From NCBI RefSeq assembly GCF_006345805.1, contig NW_021826935.1:1-11021 (forward strand): 11,021 nucleotides of DNA. The letters are read 5' to 3'. Positions within the stretch are counted from its first letter, which is position 1; every line of letters starts with the position of its first letter. The DNA is from Octopus sinensis. Taxonomy: Eukaryota. The notes below the pieces were generated by a model. It saw only the letters and a list, made by a program, of their open reading frames with translations. It did not search any database and was not told where the DNA came from. A program made the position numbers and the translations under genes. Shown here in pieces: positions 7,914 to 11,021 of the stretch.

Positions 7914-8157
7914 TTCTTCTATATATATATATATATTTGAAAGTGAGTAATATAATTTTTTAATGAAAACCTTTTTATTCGAATCCCAGAACTTCCAAAT
8001 TATTTCACGGAATCCTGACATTCTTTGGAACTCTACTTTGGAAAAATGCATCATCCATTACGAATCTTTAATTTTTGCGCCATCTCATCCTGTTCGACAT
8101 TTATACTCATGCATCTAAAGCATCGATTTTGTTAACAAGCCATCGTTGCGATCTTGC

Positions 8158-8348
8158 ATGCGGTTGCTTCGGAAAGCTAAAAATAGCAGTAAAATTCTTA
8201 TCGTATAATACGCTTCTGTCTTGAAAACAAATAGAACAAAATGGATAAAGTATTTTGAGGATTTATGCAAAGAGAAGGGACAGTCATGTTTGGGTTGTAT
8301 TTGATGATAGTTCTACGGAAACACTACTGTTATTGGGCTAAGCAACAA
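8158..8348 (-). repeat. Family X, apparently complete, diverged copy
   Basis: gctaaaaatagcagt parallels 155-170 (gctagaaatagtagc). It ends in tgggctaagcaaca, the reverse complement of tgttgcttagccc at 10809-10821. Confidence 0.6.
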
Positions 8349-8521
8349 TAGCAACACCAACAATATCATAGGATTTGTGATTTGGTTAGCGATTAATACG
8401 ACGTTTACTTGAATTGTGGAATATCTTCGCTTCTAATGAGGAATTGTTTTGTATTTTGTAGGCCACTATCGTGGGACAAGGAACATAATACTGGTACCAA
8501 ACCCTCTCTCTGCCTGTCTCA

Positions 8522-8597
8522 TCTCTCTCTCTCTCTCTTTCGTCGTCGTCTCTTCTATTATACACACACGTGCGCGCACACACACACACACACACAC
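8522..8597. repeat. (CT)n and (CA)n microsatellites
   Basis: Directly visible. Confidence 0.9.
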
Positions 8598-8739
8598 CAA
8601 TTTTTCTCTCTCTTTGTTCACAACCTATTTCACATCGACGTGCCCACTTTCACATTATATAAAATTGGAAAGAGAGCGAATTAGTCGAAGGGAGAGAAAG
8701 ATTTCTGTTTTTTTTTTGTTTTTTTTTTTCAAATAGGAG

Positions 8740-8925
8740 TAGAAAGAGAGAGAGGGGGAGCGTATGAAGAGGAGGAGGAGGAGGAGGAGAGAGAGTAAAA
8801 GCAAGGCATAATTATTACTGAAGAAGAAGGGAGAGAAGAGAAAGAGGAGTAGGAGAAACAGAAAACAAAAACAAAAAAAAGAAGAAAAAAAGAAAGAAAG
8901 AAAGAAAGAAAGAAAGAAATAGAAA
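8740..8925 (+). repeat. Polypurine low-complexity tract: (GA)n, (GGA)n, (GAAA)n
   Basis: Directly visible, about 115-300 bp upstream of the ATG. Confidence 0.9.
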
Positions 8926-9038
8926 GCAAACGATGAAGCAGGTTGGCACCAGCTTCGATTTATGATAACTTCTACTGAGAGCATTAAATATTTCCAGAAA
9001 GCAAAAAACATTTCCTGAGAGAAGCCCAAAGATCTAGT

Positions 9039-9711
9039 ATGGCCGCTACTGTCCTCAGGGGTCGGAATTCACTCGAAACGACTTCTATCTACGTTTTACT
9101 GGCTTCCTGTATTTGTCTGTCTCTAACACAGCCGACTGTTCGCCAAATACGTTTTTCTGGCGATGGCTGTTTCGGTCGAATTAAGTGGCCGCATCACCCG
9201 TTTCGTAGATTTCACCGTGAGTGGAAGAATCTGGTGGAATCTGTACTGATCGAAGTGAAACGACAGACAAACGAAAACAACGAACTACGCCATGAAGTGG
9301 AACAGCTTCGGAACACGAGCGCTCAATACAAGCAATTGCTGATGGATCTGGCTTCAAATGTGAACATACTCGTAAAGACACTGGTCGGTAAAGAACAACA
9401 ACAACAATATCAGAAACAGCAGAAACAGCCATGTTCGTGTGAGTCCATCGTTGACAACGCAGAGCTCGAATCCATGGCCAGCGTGACGCTGAACCCTGAT
9501 TTCGCAGTGGACGAAGACAATAACAAAAAGAAACCTTCGTCCCGTTACGCCAACCGGATTATCGAGGATAACACCATTCTGTCTAATTATGGTTCGGGTG
9601 GTAATGATTTACGAAAATCTAAAGTGGAATCACCCAAGAGCCCAACCACAGACACCTATAACGACGGACCCATTACAAGGCAGTTTTTAATCAATGGATC
9701 TTACCCGAAAG
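9039..9711 (+). CDS. First coding exon (224 codons + 1 nt) of a secreted coiled-coil protein, probably fibrinogen-related (angiopoietin/scabrous-like architecture)
   Basis: The only long non-repetitive ORF. ATG has A at -3 and G at +4, with an in-frame TAA at 8985-8987. Hydrophobic signal-like segment IYVLLASCICLSLT/QP, heptad-like stretch from about WKNLVES to NILVKTL, poly-Q linker and CSC motif. AAAG|GTATGT donor gives a phase-1 intron after SYPK, compatible with the P-K-D-C start of FReD domains. Exon confidence is high; the FReD identity is inference (about 0.5). Confidence 0.85.
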
Positions 9712-9717
9712 GTATGT
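9712..9717 (+). other. 5' splice donor GTATGT; the intron extends past the window end
   Basis: AG|GTATGT consensus. Composition switches to T-rich intron-like sequence immediately downstream. Confidence 0.85.
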
Positions 9718-10227
9718 ATGAATGCATATTTATATATATTATTCTGATTTGCTTGTTTGTGTTTCCGATGTTTATAATACATTTTTCACAGCATGATATT
9801 ACCGTGTGCAATTGAATGTCACTGCTTCATCATCATCATTGTTCGACCGTGGTCGAGACTCCATAGTCTTTTCAAATGGCTAATAATGTGTGCGCGCGCC
9901 ACTACTACACACATTGGAAAGCATTGTACAACCAAGTACTAAAGAAGATCTTTCCTCTTCCATGAAACAAAGCTGTTCCCGCTGGACGTCAACCCAGTAT
10001 TTCTAAGCTACGGACCGAGTGATTTATTGTAAGGTTATCTCCCTAGATATCACTGGTATTATTCCAAAGGAATAAAATGGTGTAAAACAATGTAATCTTC
10101 TCTTCAGGGAAATGAAGCAAATGAAACTTGTCAATAAGACATTTTAACGGAATATGATGGATATGTATAGTGATTAACTGAACGCTATTAAGTTTGTTTT
10201 AAAAAAACATTAGAGGATATAACATCA

Positions 10228-11021
10228 AAGGTAACTCCTGTCAGCCCTGATTAAATAGACCAATAATCATCCCATCTTTTTATTCAGACGTTGATTCTCG
10301 GACGTAAATGAGGGTATGAGTTCTCTTTTACTCACACATAGCGTATCTTTGTGTACCTTACTGTTGTTTTTGTTTTGGTTTTGCTCTGGGTCAGTTCTTA
10401 TCCAGCAGATTTATGATCAAATACGGTTCAGTTATAGCCGCCCTCTCTTATATTCAGACACAGTATTTCATTGTCCGAGTTATTTGTTATGTCCTTCTGT
10501 GCTTTCGGTTGTTTTGCCCCTGGTTAGTCTTCGGCCATCATTTCTATGATCATATACAATTCAATTATGGCCGTCGTGTTTTATATTAACACACAGTATA
10601 CCTATGACGACATTATTAATATGCATCATTCGATACTTCCTTGTGGCTTTCAATCATCGGTCTGGTTTACCGCTGAATGAGAGACACTTGTGGTCTGCAT
10701 AACAGACCTGTGATCAAAGACATTCCAGCAGTGACCATCATCTCATTTTTTTTTCCCGGAGAGTGTATCTCCAGCTACAATATCTAACAAATCATTCCTT
10801 CTTGTAGCTGTTGCTTAGCCCAAGTTTAACACCGATTAGAAAACCTTTGATGAAAGACGTTCCAGCCCTGATCATCCAGGCCTTTATTGAAACACAGCAT
10901 AGCTAGAACAACATGTGTCCTTTGTTGCTTAGCTCAGCTCAACAATGATTCAAGACATCTGAGATTAAAGGTGTCGCCATAACAACCTCGCCTTTTATTC
11001 AAGTACAGCGTATCTATAATT
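10228..11021 (+). repeat. Highly diverged head-to-tail tandem array of the family X left module, about 6 units with a 114-164 bp period, running off the window
   Basis: Anchor (t)atgatca-like motif at 10262, 10412, 10545, 10709, 10846 and 10960. tgttgcttagc is exact at 10809 and 10923. acctgtgatcaaagacattccagc (10706) parallels acctttgatgaaagacgttccagc (10843). tt(t/a)tatt...acag recurs at about 10278, 10449, 10580, 10884 and 10993. tgt(g)tcctt-like unit ends at about 10350, 10490 and 10914. Confidence 0.7.

Noticed and set aside
9712-9815. C-terminal 34 aa of the 258-aa ORF (GMYECIFIYII...)
   Set aside because: This is read-through into the intron past a consensus donor. The hydrophobicity comes from T-rich DNA and is not evidence of a transmembrane helix.
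9905-10030. Possible further family X copy (acacattgga..., tatttctaagc)
   Set aside because: The matches are short and imply conflicting orientations.
9780-10810. Candidate exon-2 acceptors at 9791, 10107, 10287, 10457 and 10807
   Set aside because: In phase 1 four hit a stop within 1-6 codons. The one at 10457 gives a short non-FReD peptide inside the tandem array.
10690-10890. Short ordered word matches to 7SL RNA (ccaggtc, gagcag, tgatca, cattccagc)
   Set aside because: The matches are only 6-9 nt, come from different copies and need large gaps, so chance cannot be excluded without an Infernal search.
10228-11021. CRISPR-like or hammerhead-retrozyme reading of the tandem array
   Set aside because: Repeats are not near-identical, there are no cas genes and the context is eukaryotic. 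I found no CUGANGA...GAAA hammerhead core on either strand.

Overview
AT-rich, repeat-dense eukaryotic genomic DNA. It is most likely from a coleoid cephalopod (Octopus), which I infer from recognising the tRNA-derived SINE families rather than from a database search. The only credible host gene is the first coding exon (9039-9711, +) of a secreted coiled-coil protein, ending in ...SYPK at a phase-1 GT donor; this fits a fibrinogen-related (FReD) protein whose later exons lie outside the window. The rest is layered mobile DNA: (i) three tRNA-derived SINE types, two sharing one 3' tail; (ii) two 5'-truncated CR1-type LINE 3' ends, one nested in a SINE; (iii) a decayed LINE ORF2 C-terminus split by a SINE with a 12-bp TSD; (iv) a Tc2/pogo-like MITE; (v) two very long degenerate microsatellites. 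The least explained signal is an old unclassified ~200-250 bp repeat (family X) at five dispersed loci in both orientations, whose left module also forms a highly diverged head-to-tail array of about six units (10228-11021) in the gene's intron. There is no CRISPR array, no true tRNA gene and no intact autonomous element. All alignments were made by eye, so boundaries of old repeats are approximate.
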